Assembly: GCA_043803405.1 (NCBI GenBank)
Contig: JAZDKB010000004.1
Span: 155,617 to 219,616 of the forward strand
Source: Spirochaetota bacterium
GTDB lineage: Bacteria > Spirochaetota > UBA4802 > JAFGDQ01
Direction: 5' to 3'
DNA length: 64,000 nt
Part shown: positions 9,427 through 19,601 of the stretch, piece after piece
Numbering within the stretch: the stretch's first letter is position 1
Layout: every line of letters starts with the position of its first letter
Translations under genes and position numbers: made by a program
The notes under the pieces: model-generated
Seen by the model: only the letters and a program-made list of their open reading frames with translations
What the model was told of the DNA's origin: nothing
Databases searched by the model: none

Positions 9427-11277
9427 ATGGACCAAAAAGTTTTTAAAAGAAGAGTCGTGATAACAGGCATATTCATAATGGGTATTGCCTGTTTTTTTAT
9501 GTACAGGCTTGCAGAACTGCATTTCTCGGGAAAAATAAAAATAGCTTTAAAAAATAATTACGAAATAAAACGCGGTTATATTAACGATAAAAACGGCAAC
9601 CTCCTTGCTGTCACAGTAGAAAAGAAATCTTTATTTGCAGATCCTGAAGAAATCCGCGATCCTTCTGAATTTGCAAAAACGCTTGCGCCTGTTGCAGGGC
9701 TATCGGAAAAATTTATTCAAAGCAAAATTGCCAAAAATAAGCGTTTTGTCTGGCTCAAACGAAAACTGGATGATTCGGAAGCCGGTAAAATAAAAAATCT
9801 GAACCTGAGAGGCGCATATCTCACAAAGGAATACCAGCGCGTCTATCCGCATGAAAATCTCGCCGCAAATATTGTCGGATTTGTTGATGTTGATAACAAC
9901 GGGCTCGATGGAATTGAATACAAGTTTAACGATATTCTGCTAAATAAAAAAGACCGCAATATTTTCAGCAGGGAAACGGAAAAACAATCCATCAGCGGCA
10001 TAACCCTGACTATAGATAAATATATCCAGTATATTGCTGAAAAGGAAATCAGGCAGGCAGTAATTCAGAATAAGGCTGCCCAGGGCGCGGCGTTTGTGCT
10101 CGAAGTAAAAACAGGCAAAATACTCGCTTATGGCAAATATCCTTCTTTTAATCCGAATCATTATTCAAAATATACTAATGAAGCAAGGGGAAGCTATACA
10201 ATAGTAAATTCCTTTGAACCGGGTTCCACATTAAAAATAATTGCGCTCGCCGCAATTCTTGAAAAGAATCCCGAGCTTTTTAAAAAAGAATACTATTGTC
10301 CCGGCAGCATTACCATAGCGGATATTACAGTTAAATGTACAAAAGTGCACGGAAGAGTGAATATGACCGACATTATTCAGCAGTCGTGCAATGTCGGAAT
10401 AATGCAGGCAATAAAAGGAGTCAGTAAGAAAGATTTTTATGACATACTGCAAAGATTCGGCTTCGGGGATAAAACCGAAGTTGAGCTGTCGGGAGAAAGC
10501 GCGGGACTCCTGAGGCCTGTTGCGGAATGGTCTGGCCTGTCGAAGTATTCGATTTCCATTGGCCAGGAAATCTCGGTTACTTCGCTGCAAATGGCTGCCG
10601 CTTTCGGCGCAATTGCTAATGGGGGCGAGTATCTTTATCCGACAATTATTGAAAGAATAGACGAAGGGGACGGAGTTGCACGGATTTATGCGCCGCGTTC
10701 CAGAGGGAAAATTATAAGCGGAAATAACGCCGCAAAAATACTGCAGATGATGAGGACAGTTGTTTCCGGCGGCACAGGCGAACTTGCCGATTTCGAGTAT
10801 TACAGCCCGGCCGGTAAAACAGGAACCGCGCAGAAGTCGCTCAGCAAGGGCGGATATACCGAGAACAAGTACACTGCTTCTTTTATCGGTGTGGCGCCTT
10901 TGCGCAACCCAGATATATGTGTGTTTGTGGTGCTGGACGAACCAGGGCAGGCAATTTCCGGAGGTTCGGCAGCCGCGCCCTGTTTTGCGCAAATAGCTAA
11001 AAGGGCGCTTGCTTACAGGGGAGTGAAACTGGCTAATATGCCGGCTATTGATCCGGTCAGCATTAAGCCGAAAGAAAAGAAGTTTGACGGGCAGACAATG
11101 CCGGACTTTAGCGGCCTTTTAATGGCCGAGTCTGCGGAACTCCTGATCAAAATACAGAATAAATACAGCGTTAAGTATAATCTTTACGGTAAAGGCACGG
11201 TATACAGACAAACCCCCAAAGCCGGTGAAAAGCTGACCGGCAAGCAGGAAATAAATCTCTATTTAAGAGACCGGTAA
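9427..11277 (+). CDS. ftsI: Class B penicillin-binding protein (FtsI/PBP3-like) with C-terminal PASTA domain
   Basis: EPGSTLK (SxxK), SCN (SxN), KTGTAQ motifs; N-terminal TM segment. Confidence 0.88.
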   Translation: MDQKVFKRRVVITGIFIMGIACFFMYRLAELHFSGKIKIALKNNYEIKRGYINDKNGNLLAVTVEKKSLFADPEEIRDPSEFAKTLAPVAGLSEKFIQSKIAKNKRFVWLKRKLDDSEAGKIKNLNLRGAYLTKEYQRVYPHENLAANIVGFVDVDNNGLDGIEYKFNDILLNKKDRNIFSRETEKQSISGITLTIDKYIQYIAEKEIRQAVIQNKAAQGAAFVLEVKTGKILAYGKYPSFNPNHYSKYTNEARGSYTIVNSFEPGSTLKIIALAAILEKNPELFKKEYYCPGSITIADITVKCTKVHGRVNMTDIIQQSCNVGIMQAIKGVSKKDFYDILQRFGFGDKTEVELSGESAGLLRPVAEWSGLSKYSISIGQEISVTSLQMAAAFGAIANGGEYLYPTIIERIDEGDGVARIYAPRSRGKIISGNNAAKILQMMRTVVSGGTGELADFEYYSPAGKTGTAQKSLSKGGYTENKYTASFIGVAPLRNPDICVFVVLDEPGQAISGGSAAAPCFAQIAKRALAYRGVKLANMPAIDPVSIKPKEKKFDGQTMPDFSGLLMAESAELLIKIQNKYSVKYNLYGKGTVYRQTPKAGEKLTGKQEINLYLRDR

Positions 11278-13133
11278 TGAAATCCTTCTTTGAAGAAAAC
11301 ATCTCCATAATTAAAAAAAACAATCCGGCATTATATTCCCGGATTGCGGATTTAAGCAGCAATATAAAGATCAGCATAATATCTTCCAAAACAGGGGAGA
11401 ATATTCCTGTTATAGAAATAAATAATAAAAATATTTTCATTCACAGCAGGTTCGATCCTGTTAAAGAGGCGTCCAGATTTGCTTCGGAGATCGATGCGCG
11501 GAATTTTGATCTCTTTATTGTTTTCGGGTTCGGATTTGCGTTTCATATCGAAGACCTTCTAAAGAAAGCAGGCGCGGATTCTACAGTGCTGGTGCTGGAA
11601 AAGGATCCCGGCATAATAAAGAGCGCGATTGCTTACAGGAACATAGCCGGCCTGTTAAAAGATGAAAGGCTGAAAGTCATTGCCGATCCGGACGAGGAGC
11701 AGATATCCGAAACGCTCAGGGGCAAATCGTCGCGGCGCGTTTGCTTCCTTGTGCACAGGGGCTCGTATCAGCTTGATCCGGAGTACTATGCGAACATTGG
11801 CAGGATCGCGAGGTCGTATCTGTCAACAAAGGACGTAAATATTGCTACATTGTCCAGGTTCGAAAAAACATGGGCCTCGAATATAGCAAGGAATATCCGT
11901 GAATATATTTCGCTGCCAGGGGCAAATATCTTTTATGATAAGTTTGCAGGCTTGCCGGCAATTGTTGCGGGCGCAGGGCCTTCACTTACAGGTAGCATCG
12001 AATTCATCAGGCAGAACTGCAAAAAAGCCCTGATAGTATGCGTGGACACATCGTACGGAATTCTAAGGATGAACGGTATTGTTCCGCATTTCTGCGTCAC
12101 GGTCGACCCCCAGATCATTAACGCCCGTTATTTTGAGGGAGATACTGCGGCAGATACGATCTTTATAGCAGATCCGACCGTGCATCCTTCGGTGTTCCGT
12201 TTAATAAAAGGAAGCATCGCAGTCACAGGCATGGCGTTCGATATGATGAAGTGGATCGAGGCGACAGCAGGCGAAAAAGGCGAGCTCGCGTACGGCGGCT
12301 CGGTAATGACCAACGCGTACGACTTCGCAAAAAGGACAGGCGCATCTCCGGTTGTGCTTACAGGGCAGGACCTCGCGTTTACAGGCAGCCTGGCGCACGC
12401 GCGCGGCTCGTATCTTGACGAAGAGATGTTCCTGCGCTGGACAAGGTTTTACAACGCTCACATGAAAAACAGGTCGCAGCTCACAGCGCTTCCAAAAATA
12501 AAAGTGAAGGGAATACGTACGCCGGAAGTTATCACCAATCAGAAAATGATGATCTTTCTCGCGTGGTTCGAGAAAAGGAACGATCCTGATTTAATAAATG
12601 CGGGCTTCGACGGCGCCTTTATTAAAGGCGTCCGCCATATCCCTGCAAATGAAATAATATTTCCGGATTCTGATGCGGATATCTCCGGGACTATACGCAG
12701 GCTGTATGCGGCAAACATGCCCGCAGCAACAGGCGCGGATGGCATAAGGAAATCTTTACTGAACAAATGTACTAAAATGAGGGACGAGCTTTACCTGCTT
12801 TCTGAGAAGCTTGGGCGTGCTGTAAGTCTCTCAGGCGAACTCATTGACCTTGTGAAAAAAGGCAATAAAAGCAAGCTCGACTATATCCTTAAAAGGCTTT
12901 CGGAAACTGATGAGTTCTTGTATTCAAGGGACACCATAAAAGATATGATCGGATTTACAATACAGCGCGTAATACATACAATAACCGAAGGATATGAACT
13001 GGATACCGGCGATTCCGGCTCTCCAAAAGAAGAGCTTGTCGCGAAGAGATCGCTTTACCTTTACGAAGGAATGCTGGAAGGTTCCGGCTTTAATATAAAG
13101 ATATTAAATAAAATGATAACGCTTTTATCGTAA
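11277..13133 (+). CDS. Motility-associated factor (Maf_flag10 / MptE-like) glycosyltransferase family protein
   Basis: IHSRFDP, AGAGPSL, CVDT, VTVDP, GQDLAF motifs typical of the DUF115/Maf family. Confidence 0.8.
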   Translation: MKSFFEENISIIKKNNPALYSRIADLSSNIKISIISSKTGENIPVIEINNKNIFIHSRFDPVKEASRFASEIDARNFDLFIVFGFGFAFHIEDLLKKAGADSTVLVLEKDPGIIKSAIAYRNIAGLLKDERLKVIADPDEEQISETLRGKSSRRVCFLVHRGSYQLDPEYYANIGRIARSYLSTKDVNIATLSRFEKTWASNIARNIREYISLPGANIFYDKFAGLPAIVAGAGPSLTGSIEFIRQNCKKALIVCVDTSYGILRMNGIVPHFCVTVDPQIINARYFEGDTAADTIFIADPTVHPSVFRLIKGSIAVTGMAFDMMKWIEATAGEKGELAYGGSVMTNAYDFAKRTGASPVVLTGQDLAFTGSLAHARGSYLDEEMFLRWTRFYNAHMKNRSQLTALPKIKVKGIRTPEVITNQKMMIFLAWFEKRNDPDLINAGFDGAFIKGVRHIPANEIIFPDSDADISGTIRRLYAANMPAATGADGIRKSLLNKCTKMRDELYLLSEKLGRAVSLSGELIDLVKKGNKSKLDYILKRLSETDEFLYSRDTIKDMIGFTIQRVIHTITEGYELDTGDSGSPKEELVAKRSLYLYEGMLEGSGFNIKILNKMITLLS

Positions 13134-13148
13134 CAATTGACTTTAACA

Positions 13149-13253
13149 GTGAATGAACGACTGCATTGATGGAACAAGCTTCTGCGCCCTGTGAATGAAC
13201 AGCTGCATTGATGGAACAAGCTCCTACGCTCTATGAATGAACGACTGCACTCT
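13149..13253. repeat. Tandem direct repeat, 42-bp unit x2.5
   Basis: GTGAATGAACGACTGCATTGATGGAACAAGCTTCTGCGCCCT at 13149; variant copy at 13191; half copy at 13233. Confidence 0.85.
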
Positions 13254-13295
13254 GTGTGTCAGCAAAGAATTCGCTTTTTTTTGCAATATAAAAAT

Positions 13296-13322
13296 GGGGC
13301 AGACACATGGGTCTGCCCCTAC
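13296..13322 (-). repeat. GTAG-family REP element
   Basis: Minus strand reads GTAGGGGCAGACCCATGTGTCTGCCCC: a GTAG tetranucleotide plus a GC-rich palindrome. Confidence 0.75.
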
Positions 13323-13500
13323 GGGCACTGAAAGAATAGGCACAGAGCTAATTAAAATAAATGCCAGCCCCGCACAGACAGGCATCTGCTACTGTCAGAT
13401 AAACAGCCGAATTTTAAAGTTTTTCTTGCTATTTCTTAAACTTATTTCTATAATAATTATTAGTCCAAATTAAAATATTTTTTTAGAAAGCGATAACTAT

Positions 13501-15081
13501 ATGCCTGCATCTCATCAAATATTGCTTGTAGAAGACACGAATACTACTGCAGCATTAATCTCGAAAATCCTGCAGGAAAATGATTTTAAAGTGATCGATA
13601 CAGTGAACAACGGAGAAGATGCCATAGTTGCTGCCAGGGAGAAAATGCCGGATCTTATTATCATGGATATATATTTAAAAGGCAAAATGGACGGGATTGA
13701 AGCTGCAAAGAAGATAAATTCCGAAATGGATATGCCGATCATTTTCTTAACCGGCAGCGACAATTTAAATAATTTCGATAGAATTGCCGAAGCATCGCCT
13801 TATGGTTACCTGACCAAACCGTTTAAAAGCAGCGATTTGATATATTCAATAAAGACATCGCTTTACAAACATGAACTCACACTTAAACTTGAAGAGAACA
13901 AAGAATATCTGAATGCCCTTCTTTCTTCACTCGTAACCATATTGATCGGAATATCCGGGAACGACTCAATTATTTACTGGAACAACATAGCAGAGGATAC
14001 ATTCGGCGTGCCGGCTTCCAAAATGATAGGCCTGCAGCTTATGGAAAGCGGCATTAAGTGGGACTGGATCAGGGTATACGAAGGGATTTCCCGGAGCATT
14101 ACAGAAGAGAAACCGGTCAGACTTGACGACCTGCGATTTACTAATCCTGGAAGTTCCGAAGGATTTCTGGATATAAGCATAAACGCGGTTAAAAATAAAA
14201 AGAATAAATTAACGGGATTCATACTCACTGGCGAGGATATTACAAAGAGAAAACAGCTGGAGCTTCAGCTGGTGCAAACACAAAAACTGGAATCAGTAGG
14301 CCGTTTGTCGGCAGGTATAGCGCATGAGATTAATACTCCGACTCAATACATTACCGATAATACATATTTTTTAAAGGATGCATTTTCCAGTTTAGTCCCT
14401 ATACTGCATAACATCAGGGAATTAATTCAATCCGGAGAAAATGCTTCCGCCTCATTTCTTAAAAATATTGAAAAGATGGTGTTAAACAGCGACCTGAATT
14501 ATCTAACGGAAGAAATCCCGAAAGCAATTGACCAGTCGATTGAAGGTCTCGGCAGGGTAGCTAAAATAGTCCAGTCGATGAAAAGCTTCAGCCATCCGGG
14601 CACAGATTCAAAAGTCCCAATTAGTATTAATAATACTATCGATAATATTATAACTATTTCGCGCAATGAGTGGAAGTATGCTGCCGACATTACAACACAT
14701 TTTAACGAAAGTCTGCCCAGCGTCCTGTGCTATCCGGGTAAGTTCAACCAGGTTCTGCTTAATATTATAATCAATGCCGCGGATGCAATTAAGGAAAAGC
14801 TCGGCCCTAATCCTGTTAAAAAAGGCCTTATCGACATAATAACGTTTATGGAAAACGACAATGTTGTGATTAGAATAAAGGATACGGGCACAGGCATTCC
14901 GGATAAAATTAAGGGAAAAATATTCGATCCGTTCTTTACTACTAAAGACGTAGGTAAAGGAACAGGGCAGGGCCTTTCCATAGCTTATGATATTATAGTA
15001 AATGACCATAAAGGAGAAATAAGTTGCGAGAGCGAACCTGGAACCGGCACGACATTTATAATAAAAATACCCGTGAAATAA
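13501..15081 (+). CDS. Hybrid sensor histidine kinase (REC-PAS-HisKA-HATPase)
   Basis: N-terminal receiver (LLVED, IIMDI, KP), AHEINTP H-box, DPFFTTK and GTGQGL. Confidence 0.92.
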   Translation: MPASHQILLVEDTNTTAALISKILQENDFKVIDTVNNGEDAIVAAREKMPDLIIMDIYLKGKMDGIEAAKKINSEMDMPIIFLTGSDNLNNFDRIAEASPYGYLTKPFKSSDLIYSIKTSLYKHELTLKLEENKEYLNALLSSLVTILIGISGNDSIIYWNNIAEDTFGVPASKMIGLQLMESGIKWDWIRVYEGISRSITEEKPVRLDDLRFTNPGSSEGFLDISINAVKNKKNKLTGFILTGEDITKRKQLELQLVQTQKLESVGRLSAGIAHEINTPTQYITDNTYFLKDAFSSLVPILHNIRELIQSGENASASFLKNIEKMVLNSDLNYLTEEIPKAIDQSIEGLGRVAKIVQSMKSFSHPGTDSKVPISINNTIDNIITISRNEWKYAADITTHFNESLPSVLCYPGKFNQVLLNIIINAADAIKEKLGPNPVKKGLIDIITFMENDNVVIRIKDTGTGIPDKIKGKIFDPFFTTKDVGKGTGQGLSIAYDIIVNDHKGEISCESEPGTGTTFIIKIPVK

Positions 15082-15103
15082 ATTATAAAGGGAGCTTATT
15101 TAA

Positions 15104-15466
15104 ATGATTAGAATACTGTTTGTTGACGATGAAAATAATCTGCTGGAAGGGTTAAAAAGAATGCTCAGAAAAAAAAAGGATGAATGGGAGATGGAATTTG
15201 CAAACAGCGGGGCAAGCGCTCTTGAGCTTCTGGAGAAAGGCAAATTTAATATAATTGTTACCGATTATAAAATGCCGGGAATGGACGGGTTGGAGCTATT
15301 GGCCCGGGTCAAAGAAAAGTTCGGGGAAACAAAACGTATAATATTAAGCGGCCAGTCCGAAGCGGAGATATTCAACAGGTCCAAGGAGGTCGCACAGTTT
15401 TACCTGGCAAAACCATGCGACCCGGAACAAATAATATCCGTAATTGAGCAGTGCTCAAAAAACTGA
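15104..15466 (+). CDS. Single-domain response regulator
   Basis: FVDDE, VTDYKMPGMDG, AKP. Confidence 0.92.
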   Translation: MIRILFVDDENNLLEGLKRMLRKKKDEWEMEFANSGASALELLEKGKFNIIVTDYKMPGMDGLELLARVKEKFGETKRIILSGQSEAEIFNRSKEVAQFYLAKPCDPEQIISVIEQCSKN

Positions 15467-15519
15467 CATGGGATCATGTCGGGGTACAGAAGAAAATGAT
15501 ATTTTGCTGGGGTTAGTCA

Positions 15520-16773
15520 ATGTCATCGGAGACAAAAATAATTATAAAAATTTTAATTATTGATGATTCAGCCGCTGTTGTTAAATTCATTGAGGCGCTT
15601 TTATCCGAATCTCAAATTGTTGACTATGTATCGGAACACGCGGATTCCCTGGATGCAGCATTTAAAAAATTAAGCAGTTTCAAATGTGATAACATACTTC
15701 TGGATCTGAATATTAAAGACTCATCGGGTCTTGATACGCTTGAGAAAGTTAAACGGAAGTATCCGGATTTGCCGGTTATCGTAATGACAGGTGAATATAG
15801 CGATGACATAGGCCTTAAAGCCGTAGCGCTGGGTGCCCAGGATTTTTTGTTGAAAAATAAACTTGATTATTACTCCCTTAATAAAGCTATACATTATGCT
15901 ATTGAAAGAAAAAAAGCGGACGAAGAAAAGCACAAACTTGAAAAACAGCTGCAGCAGTCCAGGACGCTTGAATCGATCGGTACGCTTGCGTCGGGCATTG
16001 CGCACGAGATAAACACTCCTATGCAGTATATACAGGACAATACAATGTTTTTCAGTGAAGGAGTTATAAATCTCTTTGAAATAATAAATGTTTATTCTGA
16101 AATCGTTGCACAGTATTGTAATGATGAGACAATGAGTATTGCCCGGGAAAAAATAAATAAGGCATTGGGGAACACGGACATAGAATATCTGAGAAAAGAG
16201 ATCCCGTCTGCGATTTCCCAGTCGCTCGATGGCATCGGACGGGTTAAAAACATTATAAACGCGATGAAATATTTTTCACATGCGGACAGCGATGAAATGC
16301 AGAAGGGAGACATAAATAAAGCGATTGAAAATACAGTTATGGTTTCGAAAAACAGGTGGAAATACGTCGCTGAAATTAAAACCGATCTTGATCCGTCGAT
16401 TCCGGAAATCAAATGTTTTATGGGCAGAATTAACCAGGTGATAATGAATCTGATCCTGAACGCGGCAGATGCTATTTCCGAGGTTGTCAAGGATAATCCT
16501 GATAAAAAAGGTCTTATCCAAATATCCTCAAAAAAAGAAAATAATTCAATTGTAATTACTATCAGAGACACGGGCTGCGGCATAGCGGATAATAATAAGG
16601 ATAGAATATTCGATCCTTTTTTTACAACAAAGGACGTGGGCAAGGGAACAGGGCAGGGGCTTTCTATAGTATACGATATTATTGTGAATCAGCATAAGGG
16701 AAGCATTGATGTAGAGTCGGCAGCCGGAAAAGGGTCGGCATTTACAATCCGCCTGCCGACTAATCTTGATTAA
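15520..16773 (+). CDS. Hybrid histidine kinase (REC-HisKA-HATPase)
   Basis: IIDD/LLDL receiver, AHEINTP, DPFFTTKDVGKGTGQGL. Confidence 0.92.
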   Translation: MSSETKIIIKILIIDDSAAVVKFIEALLSESQIVDYVSEHADSLDAAFKKLSSFKCDNILLDLNIKDSSGLDTLEKVKRKYPDLPVIVMTGEYSDDIGLKAVALGAQDFLLKNKLDYYSLNKAIHYAIERKKADEEKHKLEKQLQQSRTLESIGTLASGIAHEINTPMQYIQDNTMFFSEGVINLFEIINVYSEIVAQYCNDETMSIAREKINKALGNTDIEYLRKEIPSAISQSLDGIGRVKNIINAMKYFSHADSDEMQKGDINKAIENTVMVSKNRWKYVAEIKTDLDPSIPEIKCFMGRINQVIMNLILNAADAISEVVKDNPDKKGLIQISSKKENNSIVITIRDTGCGIADNNKDRIFDPFFTTKDVGKGTGQGLSIVYDIIVNQHKGSIDVESAAGKGSAFTIRLPTNLD

Positions 16774-16850
16774 AATAACAATATTGGCTATAATATTATT
16801 TTATAAAAATATATTCAATAAAATATATTAATACCGTGGAAAAAATAATT

Positions 16851-18005
16851 ATGGAACAGAAAATACTGTTTGTTGACGATGATACAAATATTTTATCTTC
16901 TTTTAAAAGACAGTTCCATGGGATTTATAATATCCTGACTGCCGGGAAAGGATCCGAAGGCCTTGAAATAATCGAAAGAGAGCACCCTGTAGCTGTTGTT
17001 GTTTCCGATTACCGCATGCCTGAAATGAACGGAGTAGAATTTTTAAGCAAAGTGCGTGAATTGTCTCCGGATACGGTACGTTTCATGTTAACAGGCCAGG
17101 CGGATATGGAAGCTGCAATAAAAGTAATTAACGAAGGCCAGATATTCCGTTTTTTAACCAAGCCGTGCCTGCCGGATTTAATGAAGAAAAACATTGAAGA
17201 TGGAATTGCACAGTATAATTTAATCGTATCCGAGAAAGTCCTTCTTGAGAAAACGCTTAGCGGCGCCATAAAGGTATTAACCGACATACTCGCCCTGGTG
17301 AGCCCGCAGGCTTTCAGCAGGGCGGCGAGAGTAAGGCGGATTGTGCAGGAGTTCATCGATAAAATGCAGTTAAAGAATTCCTGGCAGCTTGAAATAGCCG
17401 CAATGCTTTCACAGATCGGATGCGTTACAGTCCCCGATTTTATTATATCCAAAGTCTATAACAATAAAGATTTATTACCGAATGAATATCCCATGTTTCA
17501 GAATCATCCCAAAATCGGCAGCGAAATGCTGGCCAACATCCCGAGACTCAGAACAGTTGCCAGGGTAATCGAGTATCAGGAAAAGCTTTATAACGGCTCG
17601 GGCGTGCCAAAGGATGATTTATCCGGCGATAAGATCCCGCTTGGAGCCAGAATATTAAAAATAGCCCTTGACTTTGACTCGTTTTTACAATCAGGTGCCA
17701 ACAGGGAAAATATCATGGAAGTACTGAACCAAAGAACGAAGCTCGGATGGTATGATGAAAAGCTTATAAAAATACTGGAAAAACCTGTTGTGAAAAGAAA
17801 GAAATTTGTTTCTGCTGAAGTATCAATAAATAAATTAAATGAGTCAATGATACTTGCAGAAGATTTATATAATAAAAAATACACAATACTGCTGGGCAGC
17901 AAGGGACAGGAGATAACAAAATCTTTTATTTACAGGCTTATTAACGTACACAAAAATGAAGGCATACGCCTGCCGATAAAAGTTGTTTATCCGTTGGATG
18001 AGTAA
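16851..18005 (+). CDS. Response regulator with degenerate HD-GYP-like domain
   Basis: Receiver (FVDDD, SDYRMP, TKP); HD-GYP-like region with LSQIG and YQEKLYNGSGVP. Confidence 0.85.
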   Translation: MEQKILFVDDDTNILSSFKRQFHGIYNILTAGKGSEGLEIIEREHPVAVVVSDYRMPEMNGVEFLSKVRELSPDTVRFMLTGQADMEAAIKVINEGQIFRFLTKPCLPDLMKKNIEDGIAQYNLIVSEKVLLEKTLSGAIKVLTDILALVSPQAFSRAARVRRIVQEFIDKMQLKNSWQLEIAAMLSQIGCVTVPDFIISKVYNNKDLLPNEYPMFQNHPKIGSEMLANIPRLRTVARVIEYQEKLYNGSGVPKDDLSGDKIPLGARILKIALDFDSFLQSGANRENIMEVLNQRTKLGWYDEKLIKILEKPVVKRKKFVSAEVSINKLNESMILAEDLYNKKYTILLGSKGQEITKSFIYRLINVHKNEGIRLPIKVVYPLDE

Positions 18006-18042
18006 AACATAGATAGTTATCGGTAATTAAAATTTTAACATT

Positions 18043-19503
18043 ATGGATCATTCACATAAGGCAAATCCTGATTCTGCTTATTCTGCACGCAAGAAGAATC
18101 AGATAATCGAAGAAAAATTTCTATTGCGTAAAGCAATTTACGAAATGGATGAATTGTCTTATGAAAAAGGAACAAGATCGGGCGATTACATAATAAGAAG
18201 AATAATTCAGGAAATCAATGAAGAGCTTAAACTGTTCGACAGCCATGTAAAGACATGCGAAATCGACATAAAAAGTAATTCTTCTTCCCTTAAGGAGACT
18301 TTATTATTTTTTGAGAACAGATATCTGTATACGTTTCTCCTTCAGGAGAAAATTAATTCATTAAAACAGGAGTTAATCAATCAGCAGAACGAAAAAAATA
18401 ACCAGAATGATATTGAGAATAAAGAAAAAAATTATGCAAGAAATATAAATAGCCCTTTCAGGAAAGATTTTAAAAAAGATCTGATAAACTTCGAGAATGC
18501 ACTGTTGAATAATTTAGTTCCAAACCTGTCCGGGTTTCTCACAGATCTTAACGATTTTCTCTTCTATACTGCAGCGAATGAAATTGTGGATGAACTGGCG
18601 GAAGAAAATATTTTTGAAGATACGGATAATAAATTAAAACAAACTATCGTTTTTTACATCGGCATTCTAAGTAAATTAGAAAGGAAACAGTTTTCCCGCG
18701 AAGAAGCACAGTCATTCGCATATTCAATACTGTTAAAAACAGAGATAAAAGCGCGTCTTCTTAAGTTCGGGAATATTAATGAAGACGAATTGGAAAAAAT
18801 CGTTAAAAGCTCCGTGGAATATTATTTTCGGAATTTATCAACTCCGGTTCCTTCCGAACAGCAGCAATTAAAAACGCAGAAAATAAGGGATGAAAGTATT
18901 TCGGATGAGGAAGGAGAGAATAGTATGGATATTGCGTTAAAAAATCTAAAGTATTTAGCTGATTATAAAGACGAAATTTTAGAATTCGGCAATCGGTTTG
19001 CTGAGAATATTCCTGTAAATCGTCCGAAAAGATATTTATATTACTCGTCAGATCCAAAAAAGATATTATTAAAAGAAATTGCAGATTATTTGAAAGATTC
19101 TCTTATTTTTATTAATGAATGGTTTTCAATCGAGTTGAAAAAAAACAAGGATTCCTTTGGCATGTTGAATTCAATTGCCGAATGCCTGCCTATGGAAATA
19201 AAATTTTACGAATTGTTTGCTACTGCAAATGCAACAGGCTTGCAGGAAATTAACCATAGAAAAAATGTTTGGGGAGATTCTGAGCAGTTTATATCAAAAG
19301 AAACAGCTTATAATCTTATCGATGTTATTAAAACTTTATGTGCTGAATTAAAAGACGCATTTGTAAAAACCGTAATAAGTATTGAAATGGATAAGCCTGC
19401 CAGTTCCGGAATATTATTGAAAAAGATAAATATTATTTATGATTCTTTTGAAAATGCGTATAAAAAAATTATAAATGCCGTGCGCCAGATGGAAAAAAAT
19501 TAG
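18043..19503 (+). CDS. hypothetical protein (helical/coiled-coil rich)
   Basis: 486-aa ORF, no recognised motif. Confidence 0.65.
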   Translation: MDHSHKANPDSAYSARKKNQIIEEKFLLRKAIYEMDELSYEKGTRSGDYIIRRIIQEINEELKLFDSHVKTCEIDIKSNSSSLKETLLFFENRYLYTFLLQEKINSLKQELINQQNEKNNQNDIENKEKNYARNINSPFRKDFKKDLINFENALLNNLVPNLSGFLTDLNDFLFYTAANEIVDELAEENIFEDTDNKLKQTIVFYIGILSKLERKQFSREEAQSFAYSILLKTEIKARLLKFGNINEDELEKIVKSSVEYYFRNLSTPVPSEQQQLKTQKIRDESISDEEGENSMDIALKNLKYLADYKDEILEFGNRFAENIPVNRPKRYLYYSSDPKKILLKEIADYLKDSLIFINEWFSIELKKNKDSFGMLNSIAECLPMEIKFYELFATANATGLQEINHRKNVWGDSEQFISKETAYNLIDVIKTLCAELKDAFVKTVISIEMDKPASSGILLKKINIIYDSFENAYKKIINAVRQMEKN

Positions 19504-19601
19504 ACTATTTTATTTAAATGTGTTTATTGAAAAGAGAGTTTAGGAGCTTCTTAATATTTATAACTTTCTTTCAGGGAATAATATAGGGAAGCTATTAAAG
19601 A

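Noticed and set aside
10231..10992. Long antisense ORFs in the track (e.g. 10231-10992, 41157-41753, 16092-16643)
   Set aside because: They lie wholly opposite well-supported genes and have no recognisable motifs.
13149..13253. Mini CRISPR array
   Set aside because: The intervening sequences are themselves repeated, so this is a tandem duplication rather than a repeat-spacer array.
19538..19599. Weak inverted repeat between convergent genes
   Set aside because: It is short and imperfect in AT-rich DNA and cannot be distinguished from chance.
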